A stretch of DNA of 64,000 nt from an uncultured Thermoleophilia bacterium (GTDB taxonomy: Bacteria > Actinomycetota > Thermoleophilia > Gaiellales > Gaiellaceae), in the NCBI GenBank assembly GCA_963823265.1, contig CAWGLA010000011.1, positions 57,877 through 121,876 on the forward strand. Direction: 5' to 3'. Position 1 is the first letter of the stretch. Every line of letters begins with the position of its first letter. Positions 10,708 to 19,906 of this stretch are shown here, piece by piece. The notes beneath the pieces are model-generated. The model worked only from the letters and a program-made list of their open reading frames with translations, was not told the DNA's origin and ran no database searches. Both the position numbers and the translations under genes were made by a program.

Positions 10708-12381
10708 CTAGGCGCGAACGAGGGGCTTGTACTTGATCCGGTGCGGCTCGAGCGCCTCGGGGCCGCGCGTCTCACGCACCCAGTCCGCATACTCGGCCCA
10801 GTCGCCCTCGAACCACGTCACCTCACTGTTTCCCTCGAACGCGAGGATGTGCGTCGCGACGCGATCGAGGAACCAGCGATCATGCGTGATCACGACGGCG
10901 CAGCCGGCAAAGTCGAGCAGCGCGTCCTCGAGCGCGCGCAGCGTGTCGACGTCGAGATCGTTGGTCGGCTCGTCGAGGAGCAGGACGTTGCCGCCGCTCT
11001 TCAGCATCTTCGCGAGATGCACGCGGTTGCGCTCGCCGCCCGACAGCTTGCCCACCGGCTTCTGCTGGTCGCCGCCGCGAAAGTTGAACCACGAGGTGTA
11101 CTGCCGCGAGTTGATCTCCTTCTTGCCGAGCAGCACGATGTCCTGACCGCCTGAGATCTCCTTCCACACGGTGCTCTTCGGATCGAGGCTCGCCCGGGAC
11201 TGGTCGACGTAGCCGAGCTGCACGGTGTCGCCGATCCGCAGCTCGCCCGCGTCGGGTGTCTCCTCACCGGCGATCATCCGAAAGAGCGTCGTCTTGCCGG
11301 CGCCGTTCGGGCCGATCACGCCGACGATGCCGGCCGGGGGCAGCGAGAACTCCAGGTCTTCGAAGAGGAGCCGGTCACCGAAGCCCTTGGCGACGCCCTT
11401 CGCCTCGATCACGACGTCGCCGAGCCGCGGGCCGGGCGGAATGTGGATCTCGACCCGGTCGAGGCGCACGGCGTCCTCCTCGGCGAGCAACTTCTCGTAT
11501 GCGCCGAGACGCGCCTTCGACTTGGCGTGTCGCGCCTTCGGAGCAAGACGCACCCATTCGAGCTCGCGCGCGAGGGTCCGCTGTCGCGCCGAGGACTGCT
11601 TCTCCTCGATCTGCAGCCGCGCCTGCTTCTGCTCGAGCCAGCCCGAGTAGTTGCCCTCGTACGGGATGCCGCGCCCGCGGTCGAGCTCGAGGATCCAGCC
11701 GGCGACGTTGTCGAGGAAGTACCGGTCGTGGGTGACGGCGACGACGGTTCCCTTGTACTCGGCGAGGAAGCGCTCGAGCCAGAACACCGACTCGGCGTCG
11801 AGATGGTTCGTCGGCTCGTCGAGGAGCAGGAGATCCGGCGCGCTGAGCAGCAGCCGGCACAGGGCAACGCGCCGGCGCTCCCCGCCCGAGAGTGAGGTGA
11901 CGTCGCGATCGCCCTCCGGCAGGCGCAGCGCGTCCATGGCGTGGTCGAGGTGCTCCTCGAGCTGCCAGGCGCCGCGGCGGTCGACCTGGTCTTGCACCTT
12001 CGCCTGCTCGGCCAGCAGCGCGTCGAAGTCGGCATCGGGCTCGGAGAACTGCGCGGAGATCTGGTTGAAGCGGTCGAGCAGGTCGCGCAGCTCGCGCACG
12101 CCGTCCTCGACGTTCTCGCGCACGGTCTTCGCGGCGTCGAGCTCGGGCTCCTGTTCCAGCAGCCCCACGGTCGCGTTGGGCGCCAATTCGGCGACCCCGG
12201 AGGAGGGCTCTTCCTGGCCGGCCATGATCCGTAGGACCGTCGACTTGCCCGCTCCGTTCGGCCCCAGCACGCCGATCTTGGCCCCGGGGAAGAACGACAG
12301 CGAGATGTTCGCCAGCACCTGACGGTCGGCGCCGTAGAACTTGTCGACCTTGTACATCGTGTAGATGTATTCAGCACTCAC
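10708..12381 (-). CDS. ettA: energy-dependent translational throttle, ABC-F ATPase EttA
   Basis: 557 aa. MSAEYIYTMYKVDKFYG..., two ABC cassettes, and the EttA-like arm and C-terminus (...HRIKYKPLV). Confidence 0.9.
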   Translation of the reverse strand: MSAEYIYTMYKVDKFYGADRQVLANISLSFFPGAKIGVLGPNGAGKSTVLRIMAGQEEPSSGVAELAPNATVGLLEQEPELDAAKTVRENVEDGVRELRDLLDRFNQISAQFSEPDADFDALLAEQAKVQDQVDRRGAWQLEEHLDHAMDALRLPEGDRDVTSLSGGERRRVALCRLLLSAPDLLLLDEPTNHLDAESVFWLERFLAEYKGTVVAVTHDRYFLDNVAGWILELDRGRGIPYEGNYSGWLEQKQARLQIEEKQSSARQRTLARELEWVRLAPKARHAKSKARLGAYEKLLAEEDAVRLDRVEIHIPPGPRLGDVVIEAKGVAKGFGDRLLFEDLEFSLPPAGIVGVIGPNGAGKTTLFRMIAGEETPDAGELRIGDTVQLGYVDQSRASLDPKSTVWKEISGGQDIVLLGKKEINSRQYTSWFNFRGGDQQKPVGKLSGGERNRVHLAKMLKSGGNVLLLDEPTNDLDVDTLRALEDALLDFAGCAVVITHDRWFLDRVATHILAFEGNSEVTWFEGDWAEYADWVRETRGPEALEPHRIKYKPLVRA

Positions 12382-12448
12382 CGTTCGGCCAAGATACCCA
12401 CGGCCGTCGGCGGTTCGCCGCCCAAACCCGCCTCGCTACTCTTCCCAG

Positions 12449-13690
12449 GTGGCCGTGACCACCCCAAAGCTCGACGCGCAGAAGCTGCGTGCCGACTTCG
12501 CCGTCTTCGAGGAGCTGACCAACGGGAAGCCGGTCGCCTACCTCGACTCCGCCTCGTCGACCCAGAAGCCGCGCCAGGTGCTCGACGCCATGCGCGAGTT
12601 CTACGAGCACTCGTACGCCAACGTGCACCGGGGCGTGTACACGCTGGCCGAGCGTGCGACGGCCGGCTACGAGGGCGCGCGCGAGAAGGTGCGGGCCTAC
12701 ATCAACGCCCCGTCGAATCGCGAAGTGATCTTCACGCGCAGCTCCACCGAGGCGTTGAATCTGATCGCCTACGCGTGGGGGCTGGAGAATCTAGGCCCCG
12801 GCGACGTCGTCGTGATCACGGAGCTGGAGCATCACGCGAACTTCGTGCCCTGGCAGTTCATGGCGAAGAAGACCGGCGCGCAGTTCGCGCACATCCCGAT
12901 CGACGACCACGGCGAGCTCCAGCTCGACGCGCTCGACGAGATCGCGGGCCGCGGCAACGTGAAGGTGGTCGCGAACAACCTCGTCTCGAACACGCTCGGC
13001 ACGGTCAACCCGGTCGAGAAGCTGGCGGCCTGGGCGCACGAGCAGGGCGCGATCATGGTCGTCGACGCGGCACAGGCCGCGCCGCACAAGCACATCGACG
13101 TGCAGGCGCTCGGCTGCGACTTCCTCGTCTTCTCGTCGCACAAGCTGTGTGGCCCGTCGGGTGCCGGCGCCCTGTGGGGCCGGCGCGAGCTGCTCGAGGA
13201 GATGCAGCCGTTCAACTTCGGCGGCGAGATGATCCGCTCGGTCGCGCTCGACCGCACGAGCTGGAACGAGCTGCCGTACAAGTTCGAGGCGGGCACGCCC
13301 GCGATCGCGGAGGCCTACGGCTTCGGCGTCGCGCTCGACTACGTCTCCGAGATCGGTCTCCCGGCGATCGAGGCGCACGAGCACGACCTCGTCGTCACCG
13401 CGATGGAGCGGCTCGTCGAGATTCCCGGGCTGCGCATCTTCGGGCCTCCTGCCGACCGGCGCACAGGGATCGTCAGCTTCGAGCTCGAGAACGTGCACCC
13501 GCACGACGTGGCGCAGATCCTCAACTGGGAAGGCGTCGCTGTGCGCGCCGGCCACCACTGCACGCAGCCGCTGATGACGCGGCTCGGTGTGGCCGCGACG
13601 ACGCGCGCGAGCTTCTACCTCTACTCGATCGAAGAGGACGTCGACCGCCTGATCGCCGGCCTGCTCAAGGTCAAGGACACGTTCTCGTGA
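12449..13690 (+). CDS. sufS: cysteine desulfurase SufS (class V aminotransferase)
   Basis: ...YLDSASSTQKPRQVLDAMREFYEHSYANVHRGVYTLAE...FSSHKLCGPSGAG...RAGHHCTQPL. The start is GTG at 12449 or 12455. Confidence 0.9.
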   Translation: MAVTTPKLDAQKLRADFAVFEELTNGKPVAYLDSASSTQKPRQVLDAMREFYEHSYANVHRGVYTLAERATAGYEGAREKVRAYINAPSNREVIFTRSSTEALNLIAYAWGLENLGPGDVVVITELEHHANFVPWQFMAKKTGAQFAHIPIDDHGELQLDALDEIAGRGNVKVVANNLVSNTLGTVNPVEKLAAWAHEQGAIMVVDAAQAAPHKHIDVQALGCDFLVFSSHKLCGPSGAGALWGRRELLEEMQPFNFGGEMIRSVALDRTSWNELPYKFEAGTPAIAEAYGFGVALDYVSEIGLPAIEAHEHDLVVTAMERLVEIPGLRIFGPPADRRTGIVSFELENVHPHDVAQILNWEGVAVRAGHHCTQPLMTRLGVAATTRASFYLYSIEEDVDRLIAGLLKVKDTFS

Positions 13691-13736
13691 GCGAGCGTCG
13701 GCGTAGGCTCGCCGGAGCCGAGCAGGAGTCGACTTC

Positions 13737-14174
13737 ATGAGCGAGCTCGAGCAGATGTACCGGGAAGTCATTCTGGATCACTACAAGTCGCCGCGTGGCC
13801 ATGGGCTCATCGAGCATCCGGACGCGCAGGCCGAGGGGCAGAACCCGCTCTGCGGCGACGAGGTGACGATCTCGGTCCGGTTCGGCGAGGACGGCGAGAC
13901 GATCGAGGCCGTCGGCTTCGACGGCCGTGGCTGCGCGATCTCGCAGGCCGCCACGTCGATGCTCACCGAGCTCGTCAAGGGCCGGACGGCCACCGACGTC
14001 GCGGCACTGCCGAAGGAGGAGCTGCTCGAGGAGATCGGCATCCCGCTGACGCCGATCCGTCTCAAGTGCGCGATCCTCGGTCTCGGGGTGCTCAAGGTCG
14101 CCCTGCACAAGGCGAAGGGGACGCCGCTGCCCGCGGAGTGGCAGAACCTGGGCGACGACTTGCAGTTCGACTAG
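13737..14174 (+). CDS. sufU: SUF-system Fe-S assembly/sulfur-transfer protein SufU (IscU-like)
   Basis: MSELEQMYREVILDHYKSPRGHG...NPLCGDEV...GRGCAISQAATSM...RLKCAILG. All three conserved Cys are present. Confidence 0.85.
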   Translation: MSELEQMYREVILDHYKSPRGHGLIEHPDAQAEGQNPLCGDEVTISVRFGEDGETIEAVGFDGRGCAISQAATSMLTELVKGRTATDVAALPKEELLEEIGIPLTPIRLKCAILGLGVLKVALHKAKGTPLPAEWQNLGDDLQFD

Positions 14175-14488
14175 TGGCGAAGATCGACGTTGCGCCGCTC
14201 GGGGAGTTCGGACCGGGCTCCGCCAAGATCGTGACGCTCGGCTGGACGTCGATCGGCGTCTACAACTGCAACGGCAAGCTCTACGCGCTCGAGGATCGCT
14301 GCTCGCACGACGACGGCCCGCTCTGCGAGGGCGAATGGGACCCGGATCTCTGCCGCGTCATCTGCCCTCGGCACGGCTCCGCTTTCGACCTCGAGACGGG
14401 CTCGCCGCTGTCGCTGCCCGCCTACGAGCCGGTCGAGACGTACCCCGTGGTCGTCGAGGACGGCGTCGTCAAGGTGGAAGTCGCATAG
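14174..14488 (+). CDS. Rieske-type [2Fe-2S] ferredoxin
   Basis: The GTG start overlaps the sufU stop. It carries ...CSHDDGPL... and ...CPRHGSAF... (CxH / CxxH Rieske ligands). Confidence 0.8.
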   Translation: MAKIDVAPLGEFGPGSAKIVTLGWTSIGVYNCNGKLYALEDRCSHDDGPLCEGEWDPDLCRVICPRHGSAFDLETGSPLSLPAYEPVETYPVVVEDGVVKVEVA

Positions 14489-15058
14489 AACGCTGCTGGG
14501 AAACCACCGACGAGCGGTACAACGCCTACCACGACGAGGAGTGGGGGCGGCCCGTTCGAGATCGAGCGCGGTCTCTACGAGCGGCTCTGCCTGGAGGGGT
14601 TCCAGTCGGGCCTTTCCTGGCTGACGATCCTGCGCAAGCGGGAGGGTTTCCGGGCGGCATTCGAGGGCTTCGAGCCCGACCGGATCGCCGCCTTCGGCGA
14701 GCCCGACGTGATCCGGCTGCTGGCCGACGCCTCGATCGTCCGCCACCGGGGCAAGATCGAGGCGACGATCGCCAACGCGCGGGCGACGGTCGCGTTGCGC
14801 GAGACGGAGCCGCTCCACGACTTGTTCTGGTCGTATGCGCCCGAACGGCACGACGTTCCCGGGAGCCACACGGACTGGGCGGCCTCGACCCCGGAGTCGG
14901 CGGCCCTCTCCAAGCGGCTGAAGCAGGCCGGCTTCCGGTTCGTCGGGCCGACGACGGTCTACGCGGCGATGCAGGCCTGTGGCGTCGTCAACGACCATCT
15001 GGCCGGCTGCTGGGTCCGGGAGGCCGTCGAGGCCGAGCGATCCCGACGTCTGTCCTGA
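14485..15058 (+). pseudogene. tag: DNA-3-methyladenine glycosylase I (Tag), frame-disrupted and without a canonical start
   Basis: (I)ERCWETTDERYNAYHDEEWGRPV lies in one frame. LYERLCLEGFQSGLSWLTILRKREGFRAAF...IVRHRGKIEATIANA... lies in another. The switch is near 14553-14560. The position where Met is expected is ATA, and no in-frame ATG, GTG or TTG occurs for 150 nt upstream. Confidence 0.7.
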
Positions 15059-15099
15059 CCGATCCGGTAGATTTCCGGCTAACCGCGGAAAGGAGGTGG

Positions 15100-15296
15100 T
15101 CCGGCGTTGGAGACTTCAAGTACGGGCAGTGGAGGTACCAGCTCGTAGAGGTGTGTCCCCGGGACCTGACGGGGAATCGCCTAGCCAGCGTGGGGGACTC
15201 GCGTGAACGCGCCGCCTTGACCGGCCGGAAGCGCCTCTACGAAGTCCAAGCTGGTATTCGGACGGAAGGGCCCCTACGGGGGCCCTTCGTCTTTTC
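15100..15296 (+). ncRNA. candidate structured small RNA (family not recognised)
   Basis: The codon pattern is non-coding, with many A/T-ending triplets. Long-range pairings are CCAGCT (15138-15143) with AGCTGG (15249-15254), and CGTAGAGG (15144-15151) with CCTCTACG (15234-15241). There are internal hairpins, and the region ends in an intrinsic terminator. The 5' end is not defined. Confidence 0.3.
15265..15296 (+). terminator. intrinsic terminator
   Basis: GAAGGGCCCC tacg GGGGCCCTTC is a 10-bp GC stem, followed by GTCTTTTCC. Confidence 0.5.
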
Positions 15297-15430
15297 CGGG
15301 GCCGGCTTGCTAAGGCCGTGCAAAGGAGCCGCAAAGGACGTCTCCGTAGCCTGGACCGCGAGATGGCGATCGACCGGAGCAGTCCGACCGAGAGCGGCGT
15401 CCCGCCCCGTAGCTTGGGAGCGGAGTAGCC

Positions 15431-15958
15431 GTGCAGACCCGTGTGGTCGAGCTCAAACACGGCTTGAGGCTGCTCGTCAGGCCGCTCCGCCGAGGTGACG
15501 TCGAGACGGTCGTCGCGGTCTTCGATCGGCTTGGCGAGCAGTCGAGGCGCCGGCGCTTTCACGGAAGCAAGCGCCACCTCGACGAGCAGGAGCTACGGTC
15601 GCTCACCGCGTCGGACGCACGCCACCATGCACTCGTCGCCTATGTCGACGGGGACAGGCAGCCGGTCGCGATCGCACGTCTCGTGCGGACCGGGCAGAGC
15701 GCTGAGATCGCGATCGAGGTCGCGGACGAGCACCAGCAGCGCGGCATCGGCTCGGCCCTCACCCGTGAATTGATCGCCGACGCTCGCGCGGCCGGCGTCA
15801 GCGAGATCACTGCGCTCGTGTCGGGCGACAATCGTGCCGCCGTCGCCGTGCTCCGCCGGGTGATGGGCGCGCTGGAGATCCGCTTCGAGGGACCGGTGCT
15901 CTCGATCCGCGGCCGACTGCCGAAATCCAGTAGGCGCACTCTGAGCGAAGTGCTGTGA
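15431..15958 (+). CDS. GNAT-family acetyltransferase
   Basis: 175 aa. ...IAIEVADEHQQRGIGSALTRELI... is the GNAT motif A. The start is GTG. Confidence 0.7.
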   Translation: MQTRVVELKHGLRLLVRPLRRGDVETVVAVFDRLGEQSRRRRFHGSKRHLDEQELRSLTASDARHHALVAYVDGDRQPVAIARLVRTGQSAEIAIEVADEHQQRGIGSALTRELIADARAAGVSEITALVSGDNRAAVAVLRRVMGALEIRFEGPVLSIRGRLPKSSRRTLSEVL

Positions 15959-15992
15959 ATGGGCCTGTGCTCCATCGACGTCGGCATCCCTG

Positions 15993-17393
15993 ATGAGTAA
16001 CAGACAGCCGCTCCAGGAGCGGGCGCGCACGGGCGCCCGCGTCGCCCTGGGGCTCGTAGCCGTCGCCCTCCCCCTGGTCGGGCTCGCGTCGCTACTGCTG
16101 CGCTCGCAGCTCGATCCCCACATCGAAAACTATCCGCTCCACTTCGTGGTCTTCGGAGTGGTGGGCGCCCTCGCATTCGGCCTCGGCTACGCAGCAGGCG
16201 AGGCAGCCAACCGGCGCGGGGATGCCCGCGTCCTGCTCCTGTCGCTCGCCTTCATGGCGACCGGCGGGTTCCTGTGGTTGCACGCGCTCGGGACTCCCAC
16301 CATCCTCTTCTCGCAGGAGCACGCCGGCTTTCAGGTTGCGATTCCGGTCGGGCTCCTGGTGGGCGCAGTCTTTGCGACCGGCTCGGCGTTCGTCGACATC
16401 CGTCCCGGGCTTGCGGCCGTGCTCATTCGCCGGCGGACGCGCCTGCGACTGGCCGTGCTGGCGTCGATGGGGGTGTGGTTCGCCTGGACCGTCGCGAGTC
16501 TGCCACCGGTGGGCGGGCCCGACAGTGAAGCCGCCACAAGCCGTTTTCTCACCGTGATCGCGGTCCTCGGGGCGATTGCGTACGCGGTCAGCGCCGCCCG
16601 GTACTGGAGGATCTTCCGTCACGGTCGCAACCTGCTCCCTGCAGCGGTCGTCGCCTGCTTCGTGTTGCTGTCCGAGGCGACGATCGGCGTTGCGGTCACC
16701 GGGGAGCGCAGGTGGCACGCCAGCTGGTGGGAATGGCACGGCCTGATCGTCACGGCCTACCTGATCGTCGGGCTGGCGGCGCGTCGTGAATGGCGCGATG
16801 AGCGGTTCCGGCGGCTCTATCTGCCGACGACGCGGGAGCGCCACCAGGATGTCAGCGTCCTCTTCGCCGATCTTGCCGGGTTCACGGGCTTCGCCGAGCG
16901 TTCAGCACCGGCCAAGGCTGCAGCCGTGCTCGACGCGTACTGGGGCATCGCGGCGCCACTGATCACCCGTCGGTTCGGCGGCGAGGTGGAGAAGTTCATC
17001 GGAGACGGCATCATGGCCGTGTTCAACAACAGAGGAGACCAGCCTGATCACGCGCAGCGAGCGTCGTCCGCAGCTCTGGCGCTGCAGCGTCGGGCCGCCC
17101 GCTTGGCCGAGCAACATCCGGACTGGCCCCGCATGCGCATCGGCGTGAACAGCGGCGGGGTGGTGGTCCGCGAGATCGGAGGCGACGGCCACGTCGCCTA
17201 CCCCTCTGTGGGAGATGCTGTCAATACGGGCGCTCGCCTCGAGCGTCTGGCTCCTGTCGGCGGAGTGCTGATCGGCAGCGAGACCTACCTGCAACTGCCG
17301 CCCGGAGCCGTGGTCGAACAGTGGGCCGGCCTGCGCGTCCGGGGCAAGGACGGGGTGGTCGATGCCTACGTCTTGCACGCACTGCCCGCCTGA
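15993..17393 (+). CDS. membrane-anchored class III adenylate/guanylate cyclase
   Basis: The N-terminal ~270 aa are polytopic. The C-terminus reads ...VSVLFADLAGFTGFAE...KFIGDGIMAVFN...RIGVNSGGVVV...VGDAVNTGARLE, a cyclase homology domain. Confidence 0.85.
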   Translation: MSNRQPLQERARTGARVALGLVAVALPLVGLASLLLRSQLDPHIENYPLHFVVFGVVGALAFGLGYAAGEAANRRGDARVLLLSLAFMATGGFLWLHALGTPTILFSQEHAGFQVAIPVGLLVGAVFATGSAFVDIRPGLAAVLIRRRTRLRLAVLASMGVWFAWTVASLPPVGGPDSEAATSRFLTVIAVLGAIAYAVSAARYWRIFRHGRNLLPAAVVACFVLLSEATIGVAVTGERRWHASWWEWHGLIVTAYLIVGLAARREWRDERFRRLYLPTTRERHQDVSVLFADLAGFTGFAERSAPAKAAAVLDAYWGIAAPLITRRFGGEVEKFIGDGIMAVFNNRGDQPDHAQRASSAALALQRRAARLAEQHPDWPRMRIGVNSGGVVVREIGGDGHVAYPSVGDAVNTGARLERLAPVGGVLIGSETYLQLPPGAVVEQWAGLRVRGKDGVVDAYVLHALPA

Positions 17394-17426
17394 AGATCGG
17401 CGACGAGCAGCAGCGAGAGTCGGCGC

Positions 17427-18314
17427 TCAGGCGGAGCGGCGGATCTGCTCGTCGAGTGGGACGAGTGTGAGCCGGAACGTGTCGGCGGCATCCGTGTTCG
17501 ACACGATGTTGTCTGCGCCCTGGAGCATCGTCACCTGATCGACGGACAGCGGGGCACGGGGGAGCCACTGCGTCAGCTGCGCGCCGGTGCGGGCAACGCC
17601 GATCGGGACGTGCACGAGCCTGCGGCGCTTCCCGAGGACCTTGGCGATCGTCCGGTAGAGACCGTTCCAGTCGACGATGTCGGGACCGCCGAGCTCGAAG
17701 ATCCTGTTGGCGGCGTCCGGAGCGTCGATCGCGCGGGCGAAGTGCTCGGCGACGTCGTCGACCCAGATCGGCTGCGAGCGCTGCAGCCCGGCTCCGATCA
17801 CGGTGACGACGGGCGAGTAGCGCACTTGCTTCAGGAACGTCGGCAGCGCACCGCCGTCGCGCCCGAAGACGAAGCTCGGCCGGAAGATCACGTGCTCGAG
17901 CCCGGAGTCGATCACCGCCTGCTCCTCCGCCCACTTTGCCGCGTAGTACGGGACGGTGCCCTCCGAAGCCTCGCTCGTCCCGAGCGCGCTCATCAGGACG
18001 AACCGCTCGACACCCGCCTCCTGCGCCGCTGCGACGAGATCACGTGTGCCCTGCGTCATCACGCGGCGGAAGTCCTCGGGGCTGCCCTGGATGATCGCGA
18101 CGAGATGGACCACGTGCGTGCAGCCCGCGACGGCGGCGCGCAGGCTTGCCGGGTCGGTGATGTCGCCCGCCGCGAGCTCGACGCCGAGCGAGCGCAGGTG
18201 CGCCGCCTGCTCGGGCCTCCGCACGAGCGCACGGACGTCACGCCCCTGCGCGCGCAGCGCATGCACGATCCTCGGTCCGACGAACCCGGTCGCCCCCGTC
18301 ACCAAGACCTTCAC
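17427..18314 (-). CDS. NAD(P)H-binding NmrA/NDUFA9-like epimerase-family protein
   Basis: [20 protein letters not shown]... is a Rossmann GxxGxxG motif. The GTG start overlaps the dcd stop (GTGA). This is the C-terminal part of track ORF 17427..19226. Confidence 0.8.
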   Translation of the reverse strand: MKVLVTGATGFVGPRIVHALRAQGRDVRALVRRPEQAAHLRSLGVELAAGDITDPASLRAAVAGCTHVVHLVAIIQGSPEDFRRVMTQGTRDLVAAAQEAGVERFVLMSALGTSEASEGTVPYYAAKWAEEQAVIDSGLEHVIFRPSFVFGRDGGALPTFLKQVRYSPVVTVIGAGLQRSQPIWVDDVAEHFARAIDAPDAANRIFELGGPDIVDWNGLYRTIAKVLGKRRRLVHVPIGVARTGAQLTQWLPRAPLSVDQVTMLQGADNIVSNTDAADTFRLTLVPLDEQIRRSA

Positions 18315-19906
18315 TGGGAGAAGTTCTGCCAGTAGCGGGAAGGCGTCGGGCCGCGCTGGCCCTGGTACTTCGAGCCGAGCGACGAGCTGCCGTACGGCGA
18401 AGCCGCCGGCTCGGTCAGCTGCATGAAGGAGATCTGGCCGATCTTCATCGCGTGGTAGATCGTGATCGGGAGGTTCGCGACGTTGGACAGCTCGAGCGTC
18501 ACGTGGCCGTCCCAGCCCGGGTCGATGAACCCTGCGGTCGAGTGGATCAGCAGGCCCAGCCGGCCGAGCGACGAGTTGTGGGTCGGCACGTAGGAACGGG
18601 TGACGAGGAACTGGCCGCTTGGCGACGAGACCTCGATGCAGCGCACCGGCACGCTTGCGACCGGCCGGACGTCGACGACGGCCCGAAAGCGGTGGAACCG
18701 TCCTTCGAGCTTCTGCCGGATCGCCTTTCTGATCACTCGAAAGACCGGTTCGTTCGCCATGAACTGGACCTCGAACTTCGGGCCGCAGTCGACCCCGTTG
18801 AGCACCGCGCGCTTCCGCGCAAGCGTTGGCCTGAAGCCGAGGCTCGAGACGAGCTCCATGTATTGGAGCGCGAGTGGCTCCAGAATCGTGGTGAGATCGC
18901 AGCGTCCGAGCTTGTCGACGTAGCCGTCGGTGTCCATGAGGCCCTCGAGGAGCGCCAGGCGCTGGTTGACGGATGAGCGCAGGTAGATCTCCGGAATGTG
19001 CTTGTGCCCGGCGAGGCCGTTTGCTCGCAGCGTGCTGGACAGAGAATCGTTTGCCTCGTAACGCCCTGTTCCGGGATTGCGCGTATGCCCGGTACCACCG
19101 ATTCGATACTGAAACCGCTGCGTACGAGCTTTCGTGACCGCGTAGCCGGCCATCTCGATCTCTTCGAGGATCTCGCGATCGGCGCAAGTGATCTCGGCCT
19201 TCGTCGAGGTTCCGTCGCCGAGCCACGCACCAAGGACATAGGGAGCGATCGGCAGGTCGCGTTTTGGATATTGCACGGCGTTCGTCAGGGCGATCTGGTG
19301 ATTCCGCTCTCCTCGAACTCGAAGTGTGCCGGCGAGCTCTGCGGCGGTCCGAACGCGTGGAACGTGCTTGCCGTGCTCGCGGTCAGGCTTGGCGACCGTG
19401 ACCCACTGGTGGCTCTCATCGCAGACGATCGCGGTGCCCTCTGACAGGAGAACCTCGACGCAGGGGCGTCGAAGCATCGGAGCAGTCGCGGCCACGACGA
19501 CCGTCGGCTCGCCGAGCTCGTTGAACACCAGGTCTCCGACCTCGACGTCGCGCATCGTCTTCCAGCCGGCTGGTGTCGGGACCTCCGTGTCCAGAGCCAG
19601 GGCCTTCCCTTCCAGACGTGCCACGAGGTCGTCCGGCAGCGCGACCCGCTCGAGCGTCGAGCCGAGGACGAACTCGCCCGGGTGCAGGATGAACGGCTCG
19701 TCGTCTCCGATCTCGACGGCCTCGGTCAGCGCCTCCTGCGGCTGCTTCACGTCGATGAACGGATACCGCGCGTTGTGGAAGACCCGAAAGTAACGGTCGA
19801 CGCGCACGTCGACGCTCGAAGGCTGCAGGAGCGACGGCTCATACGGATCGATCTTGATCCGGCCTTCGCCGATGAGCCTTTCGATGGTGCGATCGGAGAG
19901 GACCAC
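18311..19906 (-). CDS. dcd: dCTP deaminase interrupted by an intein
   Basis: The N-extein is 101 aa ([12 protein letters not shown]...LVARLEGK) and the C-extein is 87 aa ([31 protein letters not shown]...). Joined, they give a normal-length Dcd. The start is GTG at 19906. Confidence 0.9.
   Translation of the reverse strand: MVLSDRTIERLIGEGRIKIDPYEPSLLQPSSVDVRVDRYFRVFHNARYPFIDVKQPQEALTEAVEIGDDEPFILHPGEFVLGSTLERVALPDDLVARLEGKALALDTEVPTPAGWKTMRDVEVGDLVFNELGEPTVVVAATAPMLRRPCVEVLLSEGTAIVCDESHQWVTVAKPDREHGKHVPRVRTAAELAGTLRVRGERNHQIALTNAVQYPKRDLPIAPYVLGAWLGDGTSTKAEITCADREILEEIEMAGYAVTKARTQRFQYRIGGTGHTRNPGTGRYEANDSLSSTLRANGLAGHKHIPEIYLRSSVNQRLALLEGLMDTDGYVDKLGRCDLTTILEPLALQYMELVSSLGFRPTLARKRAVLNGVDCGPKFEVQFMANEPVFRVIRKAIRQKLEGRFHRFRAVVDVRPVASVPVRCIEVSSPSGQFLVTRSYVPTHNSSLGRLGLLIHSTAGFIDPGWDGHVTLELSNVANLPITIYHAMKIGQISFMQLTEPAASPYGSSSLGSKYQGQRGPTPSRYWQNFSQ
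18575..19603 (-). mobile_element. intein with LAGLIDADG homing-endonuclease domain (343 aa)
   Basis: It begins [14 protein letters not shown] (Ala1, codon GCC) and ends ...YVPTHN, followed by Ser+1. The LAGLIDADG motifs are [10 protein letters not shown] and [12 protein letters not shown]. Block B reads DESHQW and block F reads VRCIEV. Confidence 0.8.

Noticed and set aside
15130-15200. Partial resemblance to the TPP riboswitch core (ACCUGA...CCAGCGU.GGGGA)
   Set aside because: The invariant CUGAGA element is absent and no thiamine-related gene is nearby. The resemblance is probably fortuitous. An Rfam scan is needed to be sure.
14979-15206. 75-aa ORF preceded by AAGGAGG in the tag-GNAT gap
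   Set aside because: The RBS-like sequence abuts the putative GTG with no spacer. The codons are rich in A/T-ending triplets, unlike real genes in this window. The region is better explained as structured RNA.
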